Of a stretch of DNA of 64,000 nt, positions 27,965 to 38,183 are shown one piece after another. The DNA lies in NCBI RefSeq assembly GCF_006345805.1, contig NW_021833641.1, forward strand, positions 1 through 64,000, written 5' to 3'. The translations under genes and the position numbers were made by a program. This DNA is from Octopus sinensis (Eukaryota). Positions within the stretch are counted from its first letter, which is position 1. Each line of letters opens with the position of its first letter. The notes beneath the pieces were generated by a model that was not told where the DNA came from, ran no database searches, and worked only from the letters and a program-made list of their open reading frames with translations.

Positions 27965-29509
27965 ATACACACACATTACGTATCTTCCTATCATCAAGCG
28001 CATTATTTACATAAACGTATTCGTATACGAAAAGACTCATCTTTCACAACTGGCTCTATTTTCAATAGATATTCTATAGAGATTGCTCTAAAACGTGAAG
28101 TTATTTACAATGTTTATCTGCAAATTAAGTACATCGATCCAAACATTATTCAAAGGTTTTGGTCCGTATAGGAAATGTCATTTCAACATATATGCACGGT
28201 AAATGTTTCGCTATACGTCATTTGTAGTTTCTTTTTTTCTCACGAAAAATCCATCCTTAAGCCGCATTTATACATTTTATCCGCAAACTCTCTAAACATG
28301 ATTAAAATTTATTAGCTACCCAGTAAATAAAACCTTAACCATCATTTTAAATTTTTTGCCTCTACAGATGAAATACATCGATCTGTAATGTATTTAATCC
28401 GTTTTTTATCCGCGAGCAAATTCATTTCTATCATTTAAGAGTCTTATCCGCAGAGCAAATACCTCGCTAAACGTCATTGAAACCTCTTATCCGCAGAATA
28501 AACGCATCACTTAACGTCATTTAAATTTCCTTACTCCAAGGAAATACCTCACTAAACATCACTTAATTTTTTTATTCTCCTAGCCAATACTTTGTTACAA
28601 AGATAAAAAATTATTATTAAATTTGCTTAACATATACATGAAACAGAAAATAAAAAAAAAATTATTTTTTAAAAAATAGAACCACAAAACATGCAGCCAA
28701 CAGATCATATAAAGCAGTTATTTTGAATGTGTAGAAGAAAGAAACATCCTCAAAAGAGTTAATTATGAGCCATGCCTCTTAAATAATCCAGTATGCAAGG
28801 TTTTTGATGTTTCTTGACGATCCGTGTAATTCTTGCTACATAAACTGTATAGTTTTTTTTTTTTTTTCACCATGTTCGATTTCTGCACCAGTGATATGCA
28901 GTTTGATCATTGCATCGCTTCTTGTTTGATTCTTTTCCAAGATTTTTCTCAAAATCTAAAAATTTCCAGTTCACAGAATGAAATATTATTTTTATCTCTT
29001 TGAATTTCGTTTTCATTGCTCATGAAATGAAACGTATTTATTCTGCAAATAAAGATCTTTTATGTGATGTTTAGCGATGTATATACTCTGCGGATAAAAA
29101 GTATGACGATGAATTTATTGACGATGCATTCTTTCACCAGATAATTACAAAGCAGTGATATTCAGGCGATGGACTTACTACATTGTAATTACTCGTGATG
29201 GCTTTAGAACAAACTTAAGAATTTATGCTGGTGAACTTATTGACGTCTGAATTAAAAGCGTCTGGTTGTTAAATAATAAACCGTATTAGTCACTTCTGTT
29301 ACCATATAATTTCAACTCAACGCGACAAAACTAAATTTTATAAAGCTTATGTTATGGCGGGTTTTACGGTTATGTTTTACGGTTTTTCGTGTTTCGTTTG
29401 CAATGTTGCTATTAACGAAGAAAAGATTTGAATACGTGATAAGGAAAGTCACATTTTAATTAATCTCCTTGTACGTGTCAGACATGACTAATCGAAAAGT
29501 CATCATCAT

Positions 29510-29780
29510 TATCAGCAATGTTATGGTCGTCACCATAAACACCCCATTATGATCATCCACAACAACAACGTCACCATCATAATTCCCACCACCACCACCA
29601 ACACCACCACTACCACCGCCGCCGCCACCACCAACACTATCACCAGCACCATCATCATCATCATCATCATCACCATCATCACCATCATTACCATCACCAC
29701 ATCATCATTACCACCACCACTACCATCATCATCATTATCATCTTCATCGTCATCATCATCAACATCATCATCATCGCTAA
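29510..29780. repeat. (CAT/CAC)n low-complexity tract
   Basis: Visible triplet array. Confidence 0.9.
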
Positions 29781-30236
29781 AAGTAAAAAACATATTGACG
29801 GCCGTCACGTTTGAGCGAGTAAGTCTTACTAATATTTAACATGATTTTCCTAAATGCTTCTGTTCAGGTGACTATGCAGTCCCTAAGAAATGCATGCAGA
29901 CTCTTGCCCTCACAATCCCCTCACCTTAAAACACCGCTTGACAACCTGTCTTTGTTTGTTTGCGTCTACGTAGCAACGTTTCGGCAAAAGAAAACATTAC
30001 TAAACATAATACGAATAGTCCTGGGTTCGAATTCTTCCAAACGCTGATACAAGTAAAAAATGAAAGGGATAAAAAGTTAAAAGAAGGGGGCTGTGAGGTA
30101 AGAAGCTTGCTTCACAATCACACGGTTCCAGGTTCAGTTTAAAGCGTGGCATGTTAGGCAAGTCTCTTCTATTATAACCTCGAACAAACCAAAGTCTTGT
30201 GAGTGGGTTTGGTGGACGGAAACTGAAAGACGTCCG

Positions 30237-30280
<44 letters not shown>

Positions 30281-30285
30281 TTTAC

Positions 30286-30981
30286 AAATTGGACCAATAC
30301 GGTAATAACGAATTTTTAGAGATTTCTATCGGTTTGTTTCGAGACGCATAAATCTAATGGTTATCGACATTTTTTTTTGTTTCGGCGTATCTGGCATTAG
30401 AATTTTTCTTCTGCCCTTATCTTGTAAATTATGTATAAATTTTACCTTTAAAGGCATTTTTTGATACGCTGGCCATTGATAAAATTTTTTTCCCGAAAAA
30501 AATTTTATCCTATATCAATTATAAATAGATTAGTATTTCACTTCCGGATTCTATCACTCTGTGAAAGTTTCTAGTTCGAATCCCACGTGTCTCGAGGTGC
30601 GCCTAAGATTTTTCTATTTGGATATATTTGGGGTACTTAACTCTGCTCGAGGCTTGGTGCTTGCTTCTTCCGTGGGTATGAAGAAGTACTTCATTTATAT
30701 CTCGCGTATGTGCCGCTGAAGAGGGGAAAATTTCTTGTGAATTAACCCCGAAATTGGACCAATACGGTAATAACGAATTTTTTAGAGATTTCTATCGGTT
30801 TGTTTCGAGACGCATAAATTTAATTGTTATCGACAATTTTTTTGTTTCGGCGTATCTGTCATTTGAATTTTTCTTCTGCCCTCATCTTGTAAATTACGTA
30901 TAAATTTTACCTTTAAAGGCATTTTTTGATATGCTGGCCATTGATAAAATTTTTTTCACGAAAAAAATTGTATCCTATATC

Positions 30982-30987
<6 letters not shown>
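30286..30987 (+). mobile_element. Retrozyme-like / PLE terminal-repeat element: 1.5 copies of a 465-bp noncoding unit
   Basis: aaattggaccaatacgg at 30286 and 30751; ~235 bp duplicated; no ORF in track; (TA)n on both sides; HHR at the junction. Confidence 0.7.
30712..30768 (+). ncRNA. Canonical type I hammerhead ribozyme motif, family E
   Basis: gccg CTGAAGA GGGG-19 nt-CCCC GAA ATTGG-a-CCAAT A cggt; predicted cut after A30764. Confidence 0.85.
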
Positions 30988-31023
<36 letters not shown>

Positions 31024-31059
31024 CGAAACTAACTATGACTTAATTTTTCCTATCACACC

Positions 31060-31110
31060 GTCTCCGATAAAGGGATATTATTAATTAAATCCTAGAAACA
31101 GCAGTAAGAC
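31060..31110 (+). ncRNA. Decayed hammerhead motif, family F
   Basis: gtct CCGATAA a gggat...atcct a GAA ACAGCAGT A agac; stems I and II pair, stem III near-palindromic, core altered. Confidence 0.55.
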
Positions 31111-31147
31111 CTATCTATAAACGGTCTAATATCTATACAGCCTTGGT

Positions 31148-31186
<39 letters not shown>

Positions 31187-31190
<4 letters not shown>

Positions 31191-31400
31191 TAATCCAAAC
31201 ATGAAAACACAAAGAGAAAACACAACAACACGAGGACGTGGAACTAGTATAGTATTATTGGACGCTCAGGAAGGAAGGGAAGACGGAGGGTTTAACGTTT
31301 CGAGCGGAGCTCATCGTCAAAAACATAGGAAAAGGAAAGATCCGGAGAAAGGAAGACGGAGGAAAAAAAATCGCAAACGGTTCACACACACACACCACAC
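31187..31400 (-). mobile_element. PLE terminal repeat family A with HHR motif at 31290-31324
   Basis: Reverse complement gttt TTGACGA t gagc-tcc-gctc GAAA cgt t aaac. Confidence 0.7.
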
Positions 31401-31419
31401 ACACACACACATATATATA

Positions 31420-31650
31420 TATGTAATGTATGTGTGTTCTTGTCCTCCCACCATTGCTTGACAACCGATGATGGTGTGTTTACGTTCCTGTAGATTGGAT
31501 GTTCGGCTAAAGAGAACGATAGGACAAGTACTAGGCTTACAACCAACAAGCCCTGGCGTCGATTTGTTCAGCTGAAACCATTTAAGGCGGTGCTCCTGCA
31601 TGGCCACAATGCCTGAAACAAGCAAAAGAATAGAATAATAAAAGAATACA
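31420..31650 (+). mobile_element. SINE family 1 3' half
   Basis: gcttgacaaccgatgatggtgtgtttacg...ggcggtgctcctgcatggccac. Confidence 0.75.
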
Positions 31651-32210
31651 TACTATGAAATCAGTAAAACCTGCAATCTCAAAATATTTCCCATTTGCGT
31701 TACCATAGTATTTCATTTGTCTATTATCAAGATGAAGTCCTTTTATGACATAAACTAGTTTATATACAGTAAAAACCCAACAATTATCTGTCCTATTGAT
31801 CTTCCATAACGCTAACATAAAAAAAATATTTAGTTCACATTTGTTAAATCTTTGTCGTTGTACTTCGTTATAAACGAAACCCTTTAATATAACCAAACGG
31901 TTGTGATATCTATTTAATTATTATTTTTGTGTTGTTGCTATTGTCGTATTATTATTCAATTATGAATTAGCTAGAAAATATTGAATGTGACCTCTTTGTC
32001 ATTAACAGTTATTAATGTTTTGAAACGAATAAAATAACAATGATTCACATGAAATATTAATATTCATTATAAATATAAAAAATATGTATTGCTCTCCACT
32101 ACATGTGGTTTGCTATATAAATTGAGACACACATATATTATATATATATATATATTATATATATAATATATAATATAATATATATATATATATATATTAT
32201 GTATATATAT

Positions 32211-32276
<66 letters not shown>

Positions 32277-32361
32277 CTATAATAAATATTAGGGAATGAA
32301 TCCAAAATTACAGGGAAAAATAAGATTTAGGGTTAAATCCAATTTTATAGTAAAATATTAT

Positions 32362-32512
32362 ATAATATAATTCGAGACCAAAACCACTATTTTAAAACCA
32401 AACAAGGAAGACTTAGAAACAATTGTAGTGGCGGTTTATTTAATTTATATTAAAATTTATGTATTGATTAGTCTTTCTTGTTTGGTTTTAAAATAGTGGT
32501 TTGTTCTCGAAT

Positions 32513-32520
<8 letters not shown>
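32362..32520. repeat. Inverted repeat, ~52-bp arms
   Basis: ataatataattcgagaccaaaaccactattttaaaaccaaacaaggaagact vs agtctttcttgtttggttttaaaatagtggtttgttctcgaattatattat. Confidence 0.85.
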
Positions 32521-32543
<23 letters not shown>

Positions 32544-32688
32544 GTTATTGCTCTCGACTACATGTGTATGCTATATAAATTGAGACACACACATATTTAT
32601 ATAGGAATCGAACTTTCTTCAATGCAGTTAAACTTACGCCCTCATTTGTATCTACCCCTTTTGATGTTTGGGAATCTCTGATGTTTTT

Positions 32689-32772
32689 TCGGCTGACGAG
32701 TACGAGCCATCTATATTTACTGCATTTTTTGTAGCTTATTAAAGATGCCCTCGTACGAAACAATTGTACCGA
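32689..32772 (+). ncRNA. Canonical type I hammerhead ribozyme motif, family G
   Basis: tcgg CTGACGA GTACGAG...CTCGTAC GAA ACAATTGT A ccga; perfect core, 7-bp stem II base, palindromic stem III; predicted cut after A32768. Confidence 0.88.
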
Positions 32773-32814
32773 GATTTTAATCCATTCTTGTTGCTTTTTT
32801 CCTATATTATATAT

Positions 32815-32845
<31 letters not shown>

Positions 32846-32858
32846 ATATATATATATA

Positions 32859-32908
<50 letters not shown>

Positions 32909-32912
<4 letters not shown>

Positions 32913-33270
32913 ATCCAAACAAGAAAACACGAAAAAGCAAAAAAACACAACAACGCGAGGACGTAGAAACCATAAAGTATTATTGGACGCTCAGGAAAGA
33001 AGGGAAGAAGGAGGGTTTAACGTTTGAGCGGAGCTCTTCGTCGGAAACATAGGAGAAGGAAAGATCCCGAGAAGGAAGACGAGTGAAAAAAAATCGCCAG
33101 CGGTACCACGAGGGTCACGAGTAAACACATAAATGTGAAAAAGGTGGAAAAAAACGAGTACTCAAACACCAGTGGTAGAGTAATATGCTTTATTTAAAAA
33201 CAGCAGAAATTCAACAAAACCTGTTACTCCTAGTTTCACGTTCCCGTTCGTCGACAGTTTTTGTTAAAAT
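32909..33270 (-). mobile_element. Adjacent PLE terminal repeats, family A (HHR 33015-33048) and family C (HHR 33221-33257)
   Basis: Reverse complements gttt CCGACGA a gagc-tcc-gctc aaac gt t aaac and ctgt CGACGA acg-ggaa-cgt GAA actaggagt a acag. Confidence 0.7.
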
Positions 33271-33434
33271 TTCAAATATATATTTTATATATATATATAT
33301 ATAATAATAATATATATATATATTAGCAAGTATACCCGGCCATGCTCTGGATTAAGTAGCATAACTGGTAAGTCGCGAAACCCCCAATCGTGATATTTTA
33401 CTGTTCCTCTGTGGTAACTCCTTCCTTGCAAATA

Positions 33435-33993
33435 TTAGGTTGTCCGGAAAGTTCGTACCGATTTTTAAAGGAAATGAAAAGGTCAATAAATATTTGCCAT
33501 TACATTTTTAATCAACCAAATACGAACCATTTTCTTGCACAATGCGTCTCCATCTTTCCTTAAACTTGAAAATACCCTCTTCCCAGAACTGAGGTGGTTT
33601 CATGGCAAATAATTCATCAAGGTATCTTTTTACGTCATCCATGGAATTGAAATTTTTACCATTAAGACTATTCTGCAGAGACCTGAATAGGTGGAAATCC
33701 GAAGGAGCAATATCTTCTGAATATGGAGGGTGGGGTAACATATCCCAGCCGAGCTGCAGCAATTTTTGTCTGGTTCCCAAAGCATCAAGAGCTGAAAATG
33801 AACTTTGTTAACTTCCATTTTAAAGGGTTACAGAATTAACACAGGTTAATAAACCTTCTTCCATGAAAAGATAGCTTAAACTGTGCTCTAAATGGAGGTG
33901 TAGTCAAATCCTATTTTATGGACTCAACCATGTTCTAAAATAAGTCGAAAGTTAAGCTACTATAAATCGGTACGAACTTTCCGGACAACTCAA
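33435..33993 (-). mobile_element. Internally deleted mariner element with intact TIRs and TA TSD
   Basis: ttaggttgtccggaaagttcgtaccgattt (33435) / aaatcggtacgaactttccggacaactcaa (to 33993); ORF 33508-33780 LGWDMLPHPPYSEDIAPSDFHLFRSLQNSL. Confidence 0.95.
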
Positions 33994-35061
33994 TATATGT
34001 GGTAGTCATCTGTTCCACATGGGAAAATAAATCAATGGACACATCAAACGATCTTAGGATCGCTGCAACTCTGAAATTCTCAATCCACCTTGTTTTAAGT
34101 GACGAACAACATCTCTATTTTCTGTAGGCTCATTTGGCATTAAAGTGGGACCTTCAACCCTTGTTGGTTCATTGAAACGCCGAGCATGTTCTCCCTTGGC
34201 ACGCTTATTTTCTCGAAGTTGATGGTTAATTTGACCTTGGATTCTTATAGATGGATTCCAGCCTTGGACACATGCATCTTTGTGACAAAAGCTGGTCAAG
34301 GCAAACAGAGAGTTGTACTCGCTGGGCCTTGATAAAAAGTGTGGATCCAGTGTAACCTTTCCATTTGGACAGTACATCCCTGGTGATTCTCCAGTAAATT
34401 TCTGCAGCACTGACAAAATTTGGTCGTTTATCCAATTGCAACCATGTTACAGAGGTCATTTTTGTCATACAGTAATGCAAAATCTTTAGCATTTTGAATC
34501 TCAAGTTGTCTTAAAATTTGATACCTGCTTCTATCAGCAATAAAACGCTGTTGTCTCTCTTCTTCAGACTCATTTCTTCTTGCAACCATATTGCGAAATC
34601 TATCAACAATCAAATGTTTGTTTTCTCTCTTCTTCAGGCTCACTCCTTGCAACTATCTGGCGAAATATAACTCGTACCTCTCTTTCTTGGCGCTCACCAA
34701 TGGTTTCATTTTGCCGAGACTCTGTTTGTCTCTGTCTTTCTCTAGAAAGTCTTCGTCCCTTGCATCACAGCTTTCAGATTGGCGAAACTCTCTTTGTCTT
34801 TGGCTTTGCCTAGAAAATTCGTTCTTCTCTTGCATTACAGATATCAGATTCATGATGTAGCTTCATCCTTTGTACATGTGGATTATTTGCATAAATGGAC
34901 TTCATTTTCTGTGGCATAATGGGTGTCTGAAGAAAGATTAATAAAAATAAAATTCTAAAAGATTAGCGGCATCCACTAATAATTTTTCATGCCATAATTC
35001 TTGTGAAGTTTTTTGATAGATAAAAATATATAAATTTGCAGACTTTTTCTATGAAAGACGG

Positions 35062-35352
35062 GTAACTCCTGCTCCAGAGTGTCGGCTGCGGGGTCACTCC
35101 GAAAAGCTTTATCTGCGACGATTTCATCTCAATCGAAGGAGAGGGGCTTTCTCCGTCCGGGTTGCGGATCCTTGGAATAAGCTGCCGGATGAGATAGTGA
35201 AGATGCCGACCACCGCTCGGTTCAAAGTCTCTCTTGACCAGAAATGGCCTGAACTCTTTGCATGACCACCCTCCCTGTACATAACTCCATGTCCTCCTAC
35301 ATGACCTTGCTTTTTGCTTTTTGAGCCAAAAAATTAACTTAACTTAACTTAA
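35062..35352 (+). mobile_element. CR1/L2-type LINE 3' end
   Basis: RLRGHSEKLYLRRFHLNRRRGAFSVRVADPWNKLPDEIVKMPTTARFKVSLDQKWPELFA* (stop 35263-65), then (AACTT)n tail. Confidence 0.88.
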
Positions 35353-35479
35353 TTAATAGAAAAGCTCCTGATAATAGAGATTCAAATACTCAAGTTATGG
35401 GCTTCCAAACTTTGTCAATATAAGGGGGTTTATACACACACGCACACACACATACAGGCAAGCTCTGTCTTGTAAAATT

Positions 35480-35720
35480 CCACTGGTTACGACATATGAT
35501 CCAGTTGAACTGATCAACAGAACTGTCATCTCGTGAAATTAACGTGCAAGTGGGTAAGATTTGTTGTGACACTGAATGTGATAAGGCTGGGCCTTTTAAT
35601 TACAGGTACGATTCATTTTTGCCCAATGAACGAACTGGAACACCGAGAAATAACGTGTATTGTTGAATGATATAACGCGTCAATGGCAATCGTATTCATT
35701 ACAGTCGGATCGCGATGGTT
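35480..35720 (-). mobile_element. Decayed SINE sharing the 3' tail seen at 45020-45200
   Basis: ctcgtgaaattaacgtgcaagtgg...gacactgaatgtgataaggctgggcc matches reverse complement of 45020-45150. Confidence 0.6.
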
Positions 35721-35756
35721 AGTATTTAAGCATATAATATGTACAAATATGAAAAT

Positions 35757-36173
35757 CTCTTTACTCTTTACTCTTTTACTTGTTTCAGTCATTTGGCTGC
35801 CGCCATGCTGGAGCACTGCCTTTAGTCGAGCAAATCGACCCCGGGATTTATTCTTTGTAAGCCTAGTACTTATTCTATCGGTCTCTTTTGCCAAACCGCT
35901 AAGTAACGGGGACGTAAACACACCAGCATTGGTTGTCAAGCAATGCTAGGGGGACAAACACAGACACACAAATATATACACACACGTAAATATATATATA
36001 TATATACATATATACGACAGGCTTCTTTAAGTTTCTACCAAATCCACTCACAAGGCATTGGTCGGCCCGAGGCTATAGTAGAAGACACTTGCCCAAGGTG
36101 TCACACAGTGGGACTGAACCCAGAACCATGTGGCTGGTAAGCAAGCTACCTACCACACAGCCACTCCTGCGCC
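35757..36173 (-). mobile_element. Full-length SINE family 1
   Basis: Tail tactctttactcttttacttgtttcagtc to head cagccactcctgcgccta. Confidence 0.92.
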
Positions 36174-36489
36174 TAGAAACTATTTCTAGATAATTTCTAT
36201 TCGTTCCTCTATTGTCGTAAAAGTTTGGTATATACTCAAAAGTCTTCAAAAAATTTTTATCCTTTTTTTTCATCCATCTATTAGGGAGATAGGCTTATAG
36301 ATTTTAGCGTCTGCTCTGCTTCCTCCTTTAAGGATGGGGCATATTATTCCCTCCTTATGGTCACAACATATTATCTGAACCTACAAGGAAGCTTACTAAA
36401 TAGATGACTGTTCACTGCAATGTGCCAATTAGAGATTTGATTCTCTAACACATACACACACACACACGCACACATATGAATATATATAT

Positions 36490-38125
36490 CAGTAAAATAA
36501 TATGTGATAATTGTTCAATAGCCAAGATAAAACTCTGAGTTGTAGATTTTCAACCTCGGCATCCGAAACTCAGAGTTCTATCTTAGCTATTGAATAATTG
36601 TCACATATTATTTTACAGATAAATTTCCTCTATTTACATAATATTGAGGTCTCTTTCTTTCTTTTGTTATCTTACCGTTTTTACCAATATATATAATAAA
36701 ACAGGGTAATAATAAATTATTATTACCAGTGGCCTAGCACAAAAAACGAATTAGTCATTAGACTATATATTATTCATATAGAAATACAATAAGAGGCTAT
36801 AGTTGAGATGGTAAATGTTTTTAATTTTCATTCCTTTCATGAATTTATCCCTTTATGTGTTCTAGCACAACGCTTCCCTACTTGGAAGCCTCTTATTGTA
36901 TATATATATATATATATATATATTGATAAAACGGTAAGATAACAAAAGAAAGAAAGAGACCTCAATATTATGTAAATAGAGGAAATTTATCTATACAATA
37001 TGTTACATTACTCGGTAGTCAAGATAAAACTCTGAGTTTCAGATGCCGAAGTGGAAATCCACAACACCATCTCTTCGGTTATCTGGCTATTTGAAAACGT
37101 TATGAAAAAATACCGTTAAATAAAGGGAAATTACTCTGTTATAACTCTGCTTGCCTGCGTACTTATACATCGCTCGCATTTTTCGTCATAAAAATTATAT
37201 AAAAATACATAAAAATTATATAAAAATATATAAATTGTTCTTGGGACATAACATAGAAAGCATGTTCTATCTGTTTTCTTTAGGGGACCAAAAACGTAAC
37301 AGAAACTTAGTCACATGTTCAACTACCAATTTTGAAAACATAATCAAACATAACATACAAGAAACACAAGAGGAAAACAGCTGTTCATGCAGGAATAAAG
37401 AATAGTGCCCGCTAAATGGAGCTTGCATGTCCAAGACCATCATATATGAAGCTACCGTAAACTCTATAACCACTAAAGACACCGTTTCGACGAAGAAATA
37501 CGTGGGCCTTACAGAGGGTAATTTCAAGGCCAGGTCAATAACCACACTTTGAGCTTTAGGCACTGGAACAAAAAAAAGCGACACAATTGTCTAATCATAT
37601 TTGGTCTTTAAGAGATAAAGGTGTCGATTATAACATACAATGGAAGATTTTGGCCAGATGTAAGCCCTATACTAACAGCAGCGGAAGGTGCGGTCTATGC
37701 GACATGGAGAGATGGCTTATCTGGAAAAGCAGCTTAGACCCTACTACATGTCTAAATACAAGGACAGAGCTTTTCGGATCATGCCCACATGTGACTAAGT
37801 TTCTGTTACGTTTTTGGTCCCCTAAAGAAAACAGATAGAACATGCTTTCTATGTATGTCCCAAGAAGAATTTATATATTTTTTATATATTTTTTATATAT
37901 TTTTTATGTATTTTTATATAATGTTTATGACGAAAAATGCGAGCGATGTATAAGTACGCAGGCAAGCAGAGTTATAACAGAGTAATTTCCCTTTATTTAA
38001 CGGTATTTTTTCATAACGTTTTCAAATAGCCAGATAACCGAAGAGATGGTGTTGTGGATTTCCACTTCGGCATCTGAAACTCAGAGTTTTATCTTGACTA
38101 CCGAGTAATGTAACATATTGTATAT
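36490..38125 (+). mobile_element. PLE 3' region: GIY-YIG domain flanked by inverted terminal repeats, family H
   Basis: 37375-37835 SCSCRNKE*CPLNGACMSKTIIYEATV...KKYVGLTEGNFKAR...SNHIWSLRDKGVDYNIQWKILARCKPY...CGLCDME...LNTRTELFGSCPH; ~330-bp inverted repeat 36992-37320 / 37789-38125; further inverted pieces 36494-36616 and 36617-36695 / 36920-36993. Confidence 0.92.
38033..38093 (+). ncRNA. Hammerhead motif with CCGAAGA core, family H; mirror copy 37023-37083 on minus strand
   Basis: gataa CCGAAGA gatg...catc t GAA ACTC-a-GAGT T ttatc, ~200 bp downstream of the GIY-YIG stop. Confidence 0.6.
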
Positions 38126-38147
38126 ATATATATATAGATATATATAT

Positions 38148-38183
<36 letters not shown>

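Larger units (their letters stand above)
23795..29200. repeat. Ancient degenerate ~43-bp tandem repeat in four blocks (23795-24095, 25925-26485, 28125-28575; inverted 29060-29200)
   Basis: Consensus approx ttttatcYgcagRRtaaatacatcgctaaacatcatttaaa; cttatccgcag at 28443 and 28486 (period 43); reverse copy tttagcgatgtatatactctgcggataaaaa at ~29070. Confidence 0.7.
33323..35380 (-). mobile_element. Internally deleted Helitron with nested mariner and LINE
   Basis: Minus strand Rep remnants ESPGMYCPNGKVTL...EYNSLFALTSF...GWNPSIRIQGQINH and RDVVRHLKQGGLRISELQRS (34030-34420); 3' ccagagcatggccggg..gCTAA|T at 33323; candidate 5' A|TCTCTATTAT at 35380 (ends less certain). Confidence 0.75.

Noticed and set aside
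34555-34640. CTGAAGA cores on the minus strand, also 44040 (CTGAGGA), 7829, 27076, 34927, 38759
   Set aside because: Inside TE coding remnants or lacking a downstream GAAA and flanking stems; chance 7-mers.
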